From Patescibacteria group bacterium (GTDB taxonomy: Bacteria; Patescibacteriota; Patescibacteriia; UBA10025; JAHIVO01), in contig JBAZKE010000001.1 in the NCBI GenBank assembly GCA_041650915.1, forward strand, positions 446,136 through 510,135: DNA of 64,000 nucleotides. Reading direction: 5' to 3'. The notes under the pieces are model-generated. The model was not told the DNA's origin and did not search any database. It was given only the letters and a program-made list of their open reading frames with translations. The position numbers were made by a program, and so were the translations under genes. Positions 1 to 9,482 of the stretch are shown piece after piece; position 1 is the stretch's first letter, and the number at the start of each line of letters is the position of its first letter.

Positions 1-33
1 GCAATTTTCACGATCAATTGATATACTGTTGGT

Positions 34-672
34 ATGATAAAGGGGGCATTCATAGCGATACTACTGCTGCTCGCGCTGCCAGCCGGAGTCCAGGCGGTAA
101 ACGGCGCTGCAAACGTTAATGAAGTTGCTGCAATCGGATCGGGCACTGTTGGCATCTCGTCACAATCGCTTGGCATTATCAATTTTTTCACGGGGTACGG
201 GATGCTCGTTACCCTCGTTATTTTTTTTACATCTTTTTACGGTGTGTATAGGTATGCGCACCAGCAGAAGATTTTCCTCGCACAGCACCCCGGCGTGACA
301 CCCGGTGAAGTTGGAAACACGGACCTCTTGCGCAAGAGCAGGCGGCGTGCAGGCATTTTTACCGGTGTTTTGTCCGTGCTGCTCGTATCTTTTATTCCGC
401 TCAACCCGTTTTTGGAAAAGCTCTTTCAGAACGCTGCCGTCGGGATTGTGCTTTTTTCCGTTTTATTCGTTTCCGCGCTTATTGTACGCGTACTGTACGC
501 CATTCGCATTCGGAATTTTACCGAACTCGAACGTACCGGCCACGCTGCTGAACATGGCATGCTCTACGTGACGATGGCTAAGCTGGCCTTGTGGAAAAGC
601 CTGAGAGTTGCGAGCATTACACTTTTCGCGCTCCTTCTCGAAGTGTGGGTAGTCGTGTTATTTATCTCATGA
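34..672 (+). CDS. hypothetical membrane protein (signal peptide and several TM helices)
   Basis: Complete ORF in track. The N-terminus MIKGAFIAILLLLALPAGVQA is signal-like, and there are multiple hydrophobic segments. Its stop overlaps the next start as ATGA. Confidence 0.45.
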   Translation: MIKGAFIAILLLLALPAGVQAVNGAANVNEVAAIGSGTVGISSQSLGIINFFTGYGMLVTLVIFFTSFYGVYRYAHQQKIFLAQHPGVTPGEVGNTDLLRKSRRRAGIFTGVLSVLLVSFIPLNPFLEKLFQNAAVGIVLFSVLFVSALIVRVLYAIRIRNFTELERTGHAAEHGMLYVTMAKLALWKSLRVASITLFALLLEVWVVVLFIS

Positions 673-1604
673 TCAGTGATAATAAAAACCATATGAACGC
701 TAAGCAAAACGGCATTGCCACGGGCGGGGTAGTGGCCATCATTATCCTGATCGTCCTGTTCGCGGGGGCGGCATGGTACTGGCTGAACCGTGATTCATCA
801 GTTGAGGTTGGTTCAAATACGAATACAAGCCCGGCGGTAAATACGGGCACGAATCCGGAACCTGAGGAGTCGAGCTTTCATGCAGACGGCTGGCAGACAT
901 TCAGGAATAATGAGTACGGTTATACGATTACATTTCCTTCGGACTGGCACTACGTTCCTAATGCGATGTCCGGCCCGCCGCCGCCAGCAACGGCTTTCTT
1001 CTCGAGTGAGCCTGCCGAGTCAAGCGTGAATTATTCGAGCGTGAATATACTCGTAACGGAGCTCTCAGGGGAGACTCTCAATACGTGGTCGGAGATCGGG
1101 CTGCTCGAAGAAGACGGGTATGGCAAGACTGATATAACTGTCGGATCCGAACCCGGCGTACGGCTCGAGCGGAGAACGCTCGAATCGGATACTGGCGGCA
1201 CCATATACGTTGCCAAGAACAATTTGATGTACCGGATCGTCTGGGGTTCTATTGATCAGGGGCTGTTTGCGGACCACGAGGAGACGCTCGGGGCCATCGT
1301 ACAGAGCTTTGCCTTTGCCGAACAGCTGGTTCCTGATTTTATTGCGGACGGGGTCGTCAGCGATCCCGCCGAAGCGGAAGATACGGGCAGCTGGTTTCTC
1401 GTTTATGAGGAGGCTGGCATGCCTGGCGTCAGCGCTGAGCTCTTGTTTGATTATGAGTATGTACCGAGCAGCTGTTCCATCGGCGGCGCGGAGCTCGATT
1501 GCGCCGATGCGATTGCCGCAGGTTCGTTGGCAGTTGGCGACAGCGTGAGTATCGAGGGGGTCCGGCTCGGTACCGGCGTAATCGTTTTACAACTAACTAA
1601 GTAA
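669..1604 (+). CDS. hypothetical membrane-anchored extracytoplasmic protein
   Basis: Start moved to Met27 of ORF 591..1604 (ATG 669), which overlaps the upstream stop as ATGA. There is one TM helix (VVAIIILIVLFAGAAWYW) followed by a Thr/Pro-rich linker. No recognisable family. Confidence 0.45.
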   Translation: MISDNKNHMNAKQNGIATGGVVAIIILIVLFAGAAWYWLNRDSSVEVGSNTNTSPAVNTGTNPEPEESSFHADGWQTFRNNEYGYTITFPSDWHYVPNAMSGPPPPATAFFSSEPAESSVNYSSVNILVTELSGETLNTWSEIGLLEEDGYGKTDITVGSEPGVRLERRTLESDTGGTIYVAKNNLMYRIVWGSIDQGLFADHEETLGAIVQSFAFAEQLVPDFIADGVVSDPAEAEDTGSWFLVYEEAGMPGVSAELLFDYEYVPSSCSIGGAELDCADAIAAGSLAVGDSVSIEGVRLGTGVIVLQLTK

Positions 1605-1605
1605 T

Positions 1606-1812
1606 ATGAAAACCGAAGAGGACATCAAGGACAAGCTCGATGAGCTCGAGAGTGAGCTCGAAGATTTCAAAGGCGAGATGGAGGATGAAGCGTCAGACCG
1701 CGGTATTGAAGAGTTTTCCCACGAATGGGATGAGCTTGAAGAAAAGTACGAAGAAAAAATAAAGTGCTATGAGAAGCAGGTAGAGCTTCTCGAGTGGGTA
1801 CTCGAATTGTAG
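1606..1812 (+). CDS. small acidic coiled-coil protein, hypothetical
   Basis: 68-aa ORF starting 1 nt after the upstream stop. The composition is very acidic, E/D/K-rich with heptad-like periodicity. Confidence 0.4.
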   Translation: MKTEEDIKDKLDELESELEDFKGEMEDEASDRGIEEFSHEWDELEEKYEEKIKCYEKQVELLEWVLEL

Positions 1813-2033
1813 GGGAAATTCAGCCATCGGCAGCGCCTCGGCAGCGTGTATGCCTGGCAGCTGCATGGTACAATGGTATCATGCAGTTTGATGAGGAACG
1901 GTGTATACAGTATATTCGGCCGCATATCGAGCAGTGCAGGCCTGGCGACTGGGAGCACGCACGGCGCGCTGTTGGTTTTGTCACAGAGCATGGCTTTTTA
2001 TTACGTAAAATACTCCGGGAAGCAGCAGCATGA
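1794..2033 (+). CDS. hypothetical small protein (uncertain)
   Basis: 79-aa ORF whose stop overlaps the HAD gene start as ATGA. There is no family match. It overlaps the end of 1606..1812 in another frame. Confidence 0.2.
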   Translation: MGTRIVGEIQPSAAPRQRVCLAAAWYNGIMQFDEERCIQYIRPHIEQCRPGDWEHARRAVGFVTEHGFLLRKILREAAA

Positions 2034-2647
2034 GTATGATCCACAATTTGATATTTGACTGGTCCGGCGTTATCTCCGACAACATACGGAATGTCTACTC
2101 AGTTGCTATGGTGATTTTTAAAAAGTACGGTGCAGAGCCAATCACGCTCGAGGAATTCCGTGAAACGTGGGACCAGCCGTATATGGTTTTTTACGATAAG
2201 CACCTTCCCGCTGTTTCCCTCGCGGATGAAGCCGTGCTCTTCCGTAATGAAATCATGAAGCGGCCTCCCGCAAGCGCATTTCCTGGCGTCCCCGAAGTTC
2301 TAAGAAAGCTGCGTCAGAGCGGGAAGCACATGATCGTCATCAGCGGAGATATCAGGGAAACTATCTTTCCGGAAATTGAGCGGTTTGGTTTGGCCGGGGT
2401 TTTTTCGGAGGTCAACTATAATATCCACGATAAGGTCGCCGTGATCGAGGAAATCGTTGCACGGAATCGGTTCCAAAAATCACGCACCATGTTTATCGGT
2501 GACACGACCCATGAGGTTGAAGCCGGGAGGAAGGCCGGTATGTTGGCGGGAGTCGTCACGTGGGGGTACAAACCCGAAGCGCAGCTGAGGGCGGCGCAGC
2601 CGGACATGATTTTTCGCACCGTCGGCGATCTTGCGAATCTGATATGA
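2030..2647 (+). CDS. HAD-superfamily hydrolase (phosphatase-like)
   Basis: N-terminal hhhhDxxG motif (LIFDWSGVISD), the motif ISGD, and a C-terminal FIGDTTHEVEAGRKAG (GDxxxD), all typical of the HAD fold. Confidence 0.6.
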   Translation: MSMIHNLIFDWSGVISDNIRNVYSVAMVIFKKYGAEPITLEEFRETWDQPYMVFYDKHLPAVSLADEAVLFRNEIMKRPPASAFPGVPEVLRKLRQSGKHMIVISGDIRETIFPEIERFGLAGVFSEVNYNIHDKVAVIEEIVARNRFQKSRTMFIGDTTHEVEAGRKAGMLAGVVTWGYKPEAQLRAAQPDMIFRTVGDLANLI

Positions 2648-2698
2648 AAGCAAGTGCCAGCTCGGCGCGTAGTAGTAATATAAGGTTGTTTTGCCCGT

Positions 2699-3283
2699 AT
2701 GAATGAATCCGGTGCCTGCCAGGGGAAGACGGATGAGGAGCTCGTCTCGCTGTCACTAGAAAATGCCGATTGGTACGGTTGTTTAATGCGGCGGTACGAA
2801 AGCAAGCTCGCGCGGTATATATACCGCATATCCAATGCCAGCGTCGAGGATATCCAAGATTTACTCCAGGAGGTTTTTCTTGCCGCGTACCGCAACCTCA
2901 ATGACTTTGACCAGACATTGAAGTTTTCGTCATGGATTTACCGCATCGCACACAACAAGGTCATCAGCCACTACCGCAAAACGGCTGCCCGTGCGGACGT
3001 TATCGACGGTGAGGAGGGGGAAAAATTGCTTGCGATGGTGAGCGATCAGGCTGACATCTTCGGTTCGGTGAACGACGTGATTACCGGAGAGGTTCTGGGC
3101 AAGCTGCTCAAGAAAATTGACGTGAAGTATAAGGAGGTGCTCGTACTGCGGTACCTTGAGCAGAAAGAATATGGAGAAATTTCCGATATTATAAAAAAGC
3201 CGGTCGGTACCGTCGCGACGCTCCTCAACAGGGCAAAAAAGCGCATGAGAGCGCTCATTGACGAGGAGGGAATAAAACTATGA
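2699..3283 (+). CDS. RNA polymerase sigma-70 family ECF sigma factor
   Basis: Region 2 (LLQEVFLAAYRNLNDFD...FSSWIYRIAHNKVISHYRK) and region 4 HTH (EISDIIKKPVGTVATLLNRAKKRMRA). Confidence 0.75.
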   Translation: MNESGACQGKTDEELVSLSLENADWYGCLMRRYESKLARYIYRISNASVEDIQDLLQEVFLAAYRNLNDFDQTLKFSSWIYRIAHNKVISHYRKTAARADVIDGEEGEKLLAMVSDQADIFGSVNDVITGEVLGKLLKKIDVKYKEVLVLRYLEQKEYGEISDIIKKPVGTVATLLNRAKKRMRALIDEEGIKL

Positions 3284-4059
3284 ATACCATTACCAATAAG
3301 ATACTGGATACAATCAAGGAAAAGCGGATAACGCCGAAACCGCGGTGGCAGTTCCTGCTGAAGCAGGGGCTGGTAGTTGCTGTTACTGTACTCTCGGCGA
3401 TTATCGGAAGCCTCTCATTCAGCGTCATGCTCTTCCGGCTCGTCAACAACGATTGGGATGTCGTTCGGTTTCTCGATAGGTCGCCGGTTCAGTACGCGTT
3501 TAGTACGCTGCCGTACGTCTGGATCATACTGCTCATTCTCTTCATCGGACTCGCGTACTACAACGCACGGCATGCCCGCGGTGCATACCGGCACCAGGCG
3601 TACTGGTTTATCGCCGGAAGCGTGCTCGTGAGCGTCGTATTCGGGAGTGTATTTTACGCATTCGGTGTGGCCCCGCGAATCCATACGTTCGCAGAGGGGG
3701 TGCCGGTATTCCGCGATTTTATCCAGGATCGGGACCGGTTGTGGCTCAAAGCTGATACCGGCTTGCTTGCCGGGGAAATCACCGAACTCTTCGGGGGCGA
3801 TGAACTGTTTGAGCTTGTCGACTTTAATGGCGCTTACTGGATTGTCATTCCGTCCGATAATTACGTACCGCCACCCGCGTTTTTTAAGATCGAGGAGGGC
3901 GTGCAGGTGCGGATGGTCGGAGAACAGCTCGATGCCAATCAGTTTGAAGCTGAGCTTGTCATGCCGTACCATATCGGCCCCGGCGTTATGAAGGGGAAGA
4001 TTAACGGATTCGCTCCGCCCTCAGGCGGTGGGCAGCACCGGCAATGGTTCAATGAGTAG
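3280..4059 (+). CDS. membrane protein co-transcribed with the ECF sigma factor (putative anti-sigma or partner)
   Basis: ATGA overlap with the sigma factor gene. It has 3-4 TM helices and no family motif. The anti-sigma role is inferred from position only. Confidence 0.4.
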   Translation: MNTITNKILDTIKEKRITPKPRWQFLLKQGLVVAVTVLSAIIGSLSFSVMLFRLVNNDWDVVRFLDRSPVQYAFSTLPYVWIILLILFIGLAYYNARHARGAYRHQAYWFIAGSVLVSVVFGSVFYAFGVAPRIHTFAEGVPVFRDFIQDRDRLWLKADTGLLAGEITELFGGDELFELVDFNGAYWIVIPSDNYVPPPAFFKIEEGVQVRMVGEQLDANQFEAELVMPYHIGPGVMKGKINGFAPPSGGGQHRQWFNE

Positions 4060-4127
4060 CGCGCCAGTGAAATAAAATGCGGAATAACCGCGTACTACGG
4101 GAGTAAGGAGAGCATAATTTTTATCAT

Positions 4128-4808
4128 TTGAGTGGAATGTCAAACATTATTGAAGCAGACAAGCTCACGAGGAAGTACCAGGACGGCGATTCCGACGTGC
4201 TGGCGCTCAACGAGGTGACACTGGCGCTGCCGGAAAACGACAGCATGGTTATTATCGGTACGTCTGGTTCCGGCAAGACGACGCTGCTGCAACTCTTGGG
4301 CGGGCTGGACTATCCGACATCGGGGACGATCAGCGTCAACGGCCAGCAGCTCAATGCCATGAGCGACAATGAGCTGTCGGAATTCAGGAACAAGACCATC
4401 GGCTTTGTGTTCCAGTTTTTCCATTTGCAGGATTACCTCACTGCCAAAGAAAATGTTGCACTGCCGCTCCTGCTGGCGGGCACGGTTCAGCAGGAGGCGT
4501 TTGCGCGCGCTGAGAAGCTCTTACGGCAGGTGCACATGGAGCATCGCATTGACCATACGCCGAAAAAAATGTCCGGCGGTGAAATGCAGCGGGTCGCGAT
4601 CGCCCGGGCGCTTGCGAATAACCCGAAAATCATCATGGCTGATGAGCCCACCGGCAATCTGGACAAAGCGAATGCCGAGAACGTACTTGAGCTCTTTGAT
4701 GAGATTGCGAAGCGGAAAGGTGTCAGCGTTCTCATGATTACCCACGACGAGAGCATGGCGCACCGGTATGAGCACGTTCTGCACTTGGATAAGGGTACGC
4801 TAAAATAA
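4128..4808 (+). CDS. ABC transporter ATP-binding protein (MacB/LolD-like)
   Basis: Walker A GTSGSGKTT, signature LSGGEMQRVAIARAL, Walker B IIMADEPTGNLD, H-loop ITHD. Confidence 0.85.
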   Translation: MSGMSNIIEADKLTRKYQDGDSDVLALNEVTLALPENDSMVIIGTSGSGKTTLLQLLGGLDYPTSGTISVNGQQLNAMSDNELSEFRNKTIGFVFQFFHLQDYLTAKENVALPLLLAGTVQQEAFARAEKLLRQVHMEHRIDHTPKKMSGGEMQRVAIARALANNPKIIMADEPTGNLDKANAENVLELFDEIAKRKGVSVLMITHDESMAHRYEHVLHLDKGTLK

Positions 4809-4813
4809 GCACT

Positions 4814-6682
4814 ATGAAACTCAACTACATCAATAAAATCAATTTTAAAAAGCTCAGAACCTATAAGGGAAAGTCGATGTTTTTGATTATTCCGATCACG
4901 TTTTTAATGATGATCGGGATCGTCGTATCGAGCCAGGCGCAAAATATCTTGGACGCCTCGGAACAGACGATATTCGGCACCGCAGCTGAATCGAGCCGGC
5001 TTATTGAACTGACAACTGAACAGTTTACAGGCGGCGGCGACGGCGAACAACGGATCCGCATGATGTTCGGCGGTGATACGGAGTATACGGAAAATGATGT
5101 CAGCGTTATTTCTTCCATTGAAAATGTGGAAGCAGTGGGATTGACCGTACCGGTACCGATCAGCCGGATAACATCAGGTGACCTGCTTGAGGGATCCGAG
5201 GTGTTTTTTAATAATGTCCGTGCTTTGAATGAAGATTTATCAGCCCAATATACCGACCAGCCTTTTACCTACACGGAAGGTGAGCCGATTCCGATCATCG
5301 TCAATGCGCGGTCACTGATGCGGACGTATGAGGATTGGAACGGGCAGGAGGAAATTACGATTGATATGGCTGTACAGCGCGGCCCCGGGAGTGATCCGGA
5401 AGATCGTGAAACGATGGAAAATCAAATGCCCTTTAAAACTGAAGCTCTACAGTACGATCGGGACGATCTGCTTGGCAGGGAGATTACCATCTCGTTCGGC
5501 GGTTTGGACGATATTCAAACGTATGAAACCGAATTTACCGGCACCGGGATCCTTTTCCGCAAACTGACTGATGCAGCAATCCAGGAAGAGGAAGATGCGC
5601 GGCGGGAAGCGATTTCGGCGTACTGGGACTACGACCTGATTACTCAACCTCTCACTTACACATTCAAGGTAGTCGGCGTTCTCGAAGGTGAAACGGATTT
5701 CTCCACGTACATTCCGGAAACATTCACATACGAATTGATGGAGCAGTACGTTCAGAATCAGCTCAATGCGCGGACTAGTACCGAAATAGATGCGAGTGAC
5801 CTCAATTCGACTTTTTTCGGCATGACGTATGACGGGCTCGATCTTACATCAAGCGGCTTTGGAGGAATCGGGAGCTTCCGGGTAGGCCCCGGAATGGCAC
5901 AAGGCATGGTCGGTGGCCAGAGTGCCGCAAATGGCGACGAGGAAACATCCGCTGGCTATACGATTCCCGGCTTGATTATTGAGACAGAACGGGAAGAGGG
6001 CGATGCTGATGCATTCCAGCAGCGCATGTTCGGCGGTACCAGCGATGTAGTCGGTGAATATACGGATCCAGCGGTTTTTGAACAGTCATCCCACTCGTCC
6101 GATACGCTTGTCGTTCGGATTTCGGATCCGCTGTATCGTTCACAGGTCGTTGAGGATCTGAATGACGCCGGGTATGCGTATCAGGACCTTAATGACCAGG
6201 AAGTTTTTTCGGAGCTGCAGGGCACGATGAATAGCGCAACGACCATCGTGACGATTTCATTCGTTGTTCTCTCGGCGGTCATCATTATCCTTACCATGGG
6301 AAAATTCGTGTCCGAGAGTACGAAAGAGATCGGGGTATTCCGCGCTATCGGCGCGAAGAAAAAGGACATTAAGCAGCTCTTCATGTCCCAGGCAGTGCTC
6401 TATACGCTCATCGGATACGTTATTGGCGGACTCATCGGAGTTGGATTGGTTTTTCTACTTGCAAAACCCGTACAGCTCTGGTTTGACGGCTTTATTGAGA
6501 ATACGGTAGAGGAAACCTTTACCGTGGTGCAGGCAACGAGCGCTGGCGTTTTTACCCATATCGACTGGGCCATGTTCGGCGTCTACTCGTTGCTGCTGCT
6601 CGTGATTGCACTCGTCGTTTCAATTATTCCGGCAACGAGGGCTTCGCGCGTATCTCCCGTTGAGGCAATTCGGAGCGAGTAA
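4814..6682 (+). CDS. ABC transporter permease, FtsX/MacB-like, with a large extracytoplasmic domain
   Basis: N-terminal TM, a roughly 450-aa periplasmic domain, and a C-terminal FtsX-type 3-TM module (KKDIKQLFMSQAVLYTLIGYVIGG...). It sits directly downstream of the ATPase. Confidence 0.75.
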   Translation: MKLNYINKINFKKLRTYKGKSMFLIIPITFLMMIGIVVSSQAQNILDASEQTIFGTAAESSRLIELTTEQFTGGGDGEQRIRMMFGGDTEYTENDVSVISSIENVEAVGLTVPVPISRITSGDLLEGSEVFFNNVRALNEDLSAQYTDQPFTYTEGEPIPIIVNARSLMRTYEDWNGQEEITIDMAVQRGPGSDPEDRETMENQMPFKTEALQYDRDDLLGREITISFGGLDDIQTYETEFTGTGILFRKLTDAAIQEEEDARREAISAYWDYDLITQPLTYTFKVVGVLEGETDFSTYIPETFTYELMEQYVQNQLNARTSTEIDASDLNSTFFGMTYDGLDLTSSGFGGIGSFRVGPGMAQGMVGGQSAANGDEETSAGYTIPGLIIETEREEGDADAFQQRMFGGTSDVVGEYTDPAVFEQSSHSSDTLVVRISDPLYRSQVVEDLNDAGYAYQDLNDQEVFSELQGTMNSATTIVTISFVVLSAVIIILTMGKFVSESTKEIGVFRAIGAKKKDIKQLFMSQAVLYTLIGYVIGGLIGVGLVFLLAKPVQLWFDGFIENTVEETFTVVQATSAGVFTHIDWAMFGVYSLLLLVIALVVSIIPATRASRVSPVEAIRSE

Positions 6683-6697
6683 GCAGTATCCGGTTCT

Positions 6698-7351
6698 ATG
6701 GCTTTTTTCAAAAGCACCACCGGCATTGTACTGGCAACTGTCGCTGCGGTTATCGTAATGTTTGCAGGTTGTGCGGTATTTATTTTTTTCCGCGGGGACC
6801 ATACCTTTGCAGAAATCCTCGCCCGTGAAAACGTCTTTCCCGAAGAGATCGCGGACGAGATGCAGGCGCTTGCACAAGACCTCAAACAGCAGGTTGATGA
6901 TGGTGTGCTCAGTGAAGAGCAGATGAAGGCAGAGGTGCGCGAAGAGTTGGTCAGCAGCTTGCAGCGGCTCGTTGAGTCAGATGCGATTTCGCAATCGGAG
7001 ATGCGGGAAAGCCTCGAGGAGTTCAGCCAGGTCGCTGACGATGGAGACGGCAGGGCTGCGGGTTCTATGGGCATGCCTGATGATTTGGCCAGCTTTTGCG
7101 AACGGGCTGAAAGCCAGCAGATGCCGCGTACAGGCGATCAACCTGGGGATTTTGAAAACCGCGGGCAGCTTCCCGCAGGCAGTGAGGTCCCATCTGGCAG
7201 CGGCTTTGATTTTTCTCAGATGCAGGTGGTTATGCAGGAGATGCAGTCGCTGTGCAGCGATGACGTTTATACGGCAGCTGAAGAAGTACGTTTTGATGAA
7301 CTGCAGGCAGCCATGCCGCAGCGCGGGCCAAACGGCTTCGGGAGTGAATGA
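6698..7351 (+). CDS. secreted or membrane-anchored acidic Gln/Glu-rich protein, hypothetical
   Basis: N-terminal hydrophobic anchor followed by an acidic helical region (EQMKAEVREELVSSLQRLVESD). Distant Spy/CpxP(LTxxQ)-like flavour only. Confidence 0.4.
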   Translation: MAFFKSTTGIVLATVAAVIVMFAGCAVFIFFRGDHTFAEILARENVFPEEIADEMQALAQDLKQQVDDGVLSEEQMKAEVREELVSSLQRLVESDAISQSEMRESLEEFSQVADDGDGRAAGSMGMPDDLASFCERAESQQMPRTGDQPGDFENRGQLPAGSEVPSGSGFDFSQMQVVMQEMQSLCSDDVYTAAEEVRFDELQAAMPQRGPNGFGSE

Positions 7352-7424
7352 AAGTTTTTTTTCTCGCCTACGTAGTACTGTGTGAAAGGTCGGCTATACG
7401 TAACCATGAAAGGAACATTACATT

Positions 7425-7907
7425 GTGAATAGGTACGTTCTTGGTACAATTATAGGCGTAACCGCATTTACCCTCGTGGGCGGTGCCGTTGCAGTCGCGA
7501 GTTCTGGCAACGGCGTCGGTTTGCCCGGTGGGTTCGGTCGGGAGCAGATGCTTGAGAGCAAGGCAGATATCCTCGGCATGACAACCGAGGAGCTCGAGAC
7601 ACAGCTCGAAGGCAGTTCGTTCGCTGAGCTCTTGGATGAGCAGGGCGTAACCCATGCCGAACTCCAGGAGCGCATGCACGCCCAGATGCAGGAGCGCATG
7701 ACCCAACAGCTCCAGCAGATGGTAGATGACGGGACGATCACCGAAACGGAGAAGCAGGAGCGCCTCCAGAACATGGAGGAGCGACAAGCGGCTTGCGAAG
7801 AATCAGGCGACTGCGGCATGCACGGTAAGGGATTCGGCATGCGCGGCTCACGCACCGACTCAAACGGTGACGGCGTCTGTGATTACCAGGATGGGCAGGA
7901 CAACTAA
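7425..7907 (+). CDS. secreted acidic protein with a C-terminal DxDGDG calcium-binding-like motif, hypothetical
   Basis: GTG start after a GGAAC-type RBS. Signal/TM (LGTIIGVTAFTLVGGAVAVA), a Q/E-rich helical region, and a C-terminal DSNGDGVCDYQDGQDN. Confidence 0.4.
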   Translation: MNRYVLGTIIGVTAFTLVGGAVAVASSGNGVGLPGGFGREQMLESKADILGMTTEELETQLEGSSFAELLDEQGVTHAELQERMHAQMQERMTQQLQQMVDDGTITETEKQERLQNMEERQAACEESGDCGMHGKGFGMRGSRTDSNGDGVCDYQDGQDN

Positions 7908-7924
7908 ATATCAGTGACAGCGAA

Positions 7925-7953
7925 AAGACCAGCCCACCCCCGCTGGTCTTTTT
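7925..7953 (+). terminator. rho-independent terminator
   Basis: Hairpin AAGACCAGC(N8)GCTGGTCTT followed by TTTTC, 18 nt after the upstream stop. Confidence 0.6.
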
Positions 7954-8061
7954 CATTTAATGTAAACGTGTATCATATTTGCCCGGATGTACAGCGCTCA
8001 CTCGAAACCAATTGATCAAAATCACACCTTGTTTTGACGCCCTATGTACCATGGTGCTGTC

Positions 8062-8089
8062 TTGACAAACGTACTTTTTTTGCTAGACT
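8062..8089 (+). promoter_or_regulatory. candidate sigma70 promoter (TTGACA-16-TAGACT)
   Basis: Consensus -35 and an acceptable -10, roughly 150 nt upstream of the AI-2E family gene. Confidence 0.35.
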
Positions 8090-8235
8090 GAAGGTAGAAC
8101 TGGGGGGATAAAACCAGCTTATTGAAACGCGTATGGAAATATTTTTAAAACTCATACTGCTCCCGGTCTGGCTGCTGTTTAAGATTTTTAATGTAGATAT
8201 TTTTGAAGATTAGAGCCGTGATGGATATTTAATGC

Positions 8236-9306
8236 ATGAACGTTTTCCGAAAGCAACCCTTTTTTTATCTTCTCCTTGCCATCGTAGCATACCTCTCTTT
8301 CTTGGTACTCAAACCTTACTTTTCCGCCATCGTACTTGCATTTCTCGCCGTGCTGTTTTTCAAGCCCGTCTATTCTTATTTTGTAAGGTGTTTTAAAGGG
8401 CGCACAAAGATCGCATCGAGCGTATCGGTCGTGATTATTGTTTTTGCCGTTCTCATCCCTATCGTTCTGATTGGCGGCCTGACCGCGAACCAGATCCTGC
8501 AGTTCAGGAGCGATATCGGATCAAGTGACATGAAAATTAATTATGGGACAATAGCAGACTATGGGAATCGGGCGGTTTCAATCATTCCGGGCATCGACTA
8601 TCAGTTGAGCGGGGATGGCATACGAGGATTTGTCGAGCGGGGGGCAAAGGCGATCGGAACCTTCTTTTTAGAACGATTGCCAGACATCGGTTCGGGTGCA
8701 TTTAATGCTGTCACCTGGATTATCATTTTTATCATTCTGACATACTCGCTTTTTCCTCTTCACGGTAAGCTGCTCGAGTTCGTCGCAAGGGTCAGTCCGC
8801 TCGAGGACCGCATCGATACTGTGTATGTCACCCGGGTCATTGAAATGTCGAAATCAATGGTAAGGGGCACGTTTCTCATCGCTGTTGTGCAGGGAATCGT
8901 TGCCGGCCTCCTGCTCGCCATTACCGGGGTTCCGTATGTCCTCTTTTGGACGCTGCTTATGATTTTTCTGAGCGTGATTCCGATGGTAGGTTACGGCTTC
9001 GTGATGATTCCGATTGCAATCGTGACGCTCTTGACGGGCGGCATCTGGCAGGGGATTGTGCTCATTCTCGGGAGCGTCCTCATCGTGGGGAATATCGATA
9101 ATTTTCTCAGGCCGCGCCTCGTGTCAAAGAAAGCTGAACTGCACCCTGCGCTCATTATCCTCGGCGTTATCGGCGGGCTGCAGGTTTTCGGGGTACTCGG
9201 ATTTATTTACGGCCCGGTCATCATGATACTGCTCGTGACAACATTCGAGATGTACCTGAAGTATTTCCGTGCATCCCATGAGGACGGCGGACCTGCAGCC
9301 GAGTAG
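8236..9306 (+). CDS. AI-2E family transporter (PerM/UPF0118)
   Basis: 356 aa with 7-8 TM helices. The N-terminal pattern FFYLLLAIVAYLSFLVLKPYFSAIVLAFLAVLFFKPVY and overall topology are typical of PF01594. Confidence 0.75.
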   Translation: MNVFRKQPFFYLLLAIVAYLSFLVLKPYFSAIVLAFLAVLFFKPVYSYFVRCFKGRTKIASSVSVVIIVFAVLIPIVLIGGLTANQILQFRSDIGSSDMKINYGTIADYGNRAVSIIPGIDYQLSGDGIRGFVERGAKAIGTFFLERLPDIGSGAFNAVTWIIIFIILTYSLFPLHGKLLEFVARVSPLEDRIDTVYVTRVIEMSKSMVRGTFLIAVVQGIVAGLLLAITGVPYVLFWTLLMIFLSVIPMVGYGFVMIPIAIVTLLTGGIWQGIVLILGSVLIVGNIDNFLRPRLVSKKAELHPALIILGVIGGLQVFGVLGFIYGPVIMILLVTTFEMYLKYFRASHEDGGPAAE

Positions 9307-9356
9307 CGCGTCAGCACCATGAAATATGGCGAGCAGGTTTGCGCGGCGAGGGAATC

Positions 9357-9399
9357 GAAAAAAGCCTAGCTGCATTTATTGGGCGCAAGCGGCTTTTTT
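9357..9399 (+). terminator. putative terminator hairpin
   Basis: AAAAAAGCC ... GGCTTTTTTG stem with a T-tract after the AI-2E gene. The loop is long (about 25 nt). Confidence 0.3.
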
Positions 9400-9424
9400 G
9401 TTTTTGGTTTTTTGCCGTAAACAT

Positions 9425-9453
9425 TTGCCTCGGTCGCAGGCACGGACTATACT
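9425..9453 (+). promoter_or_regulatory. candidate sigma70 promoter (TTGCCT-17-TATACT)
   Basis: Located about 30 nt upstream of the ATG at 9483. Confidence 0.35.
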
Positions 9454-9482
9454 GTGAGTATCACCATTAAGTCATTAAAGGT

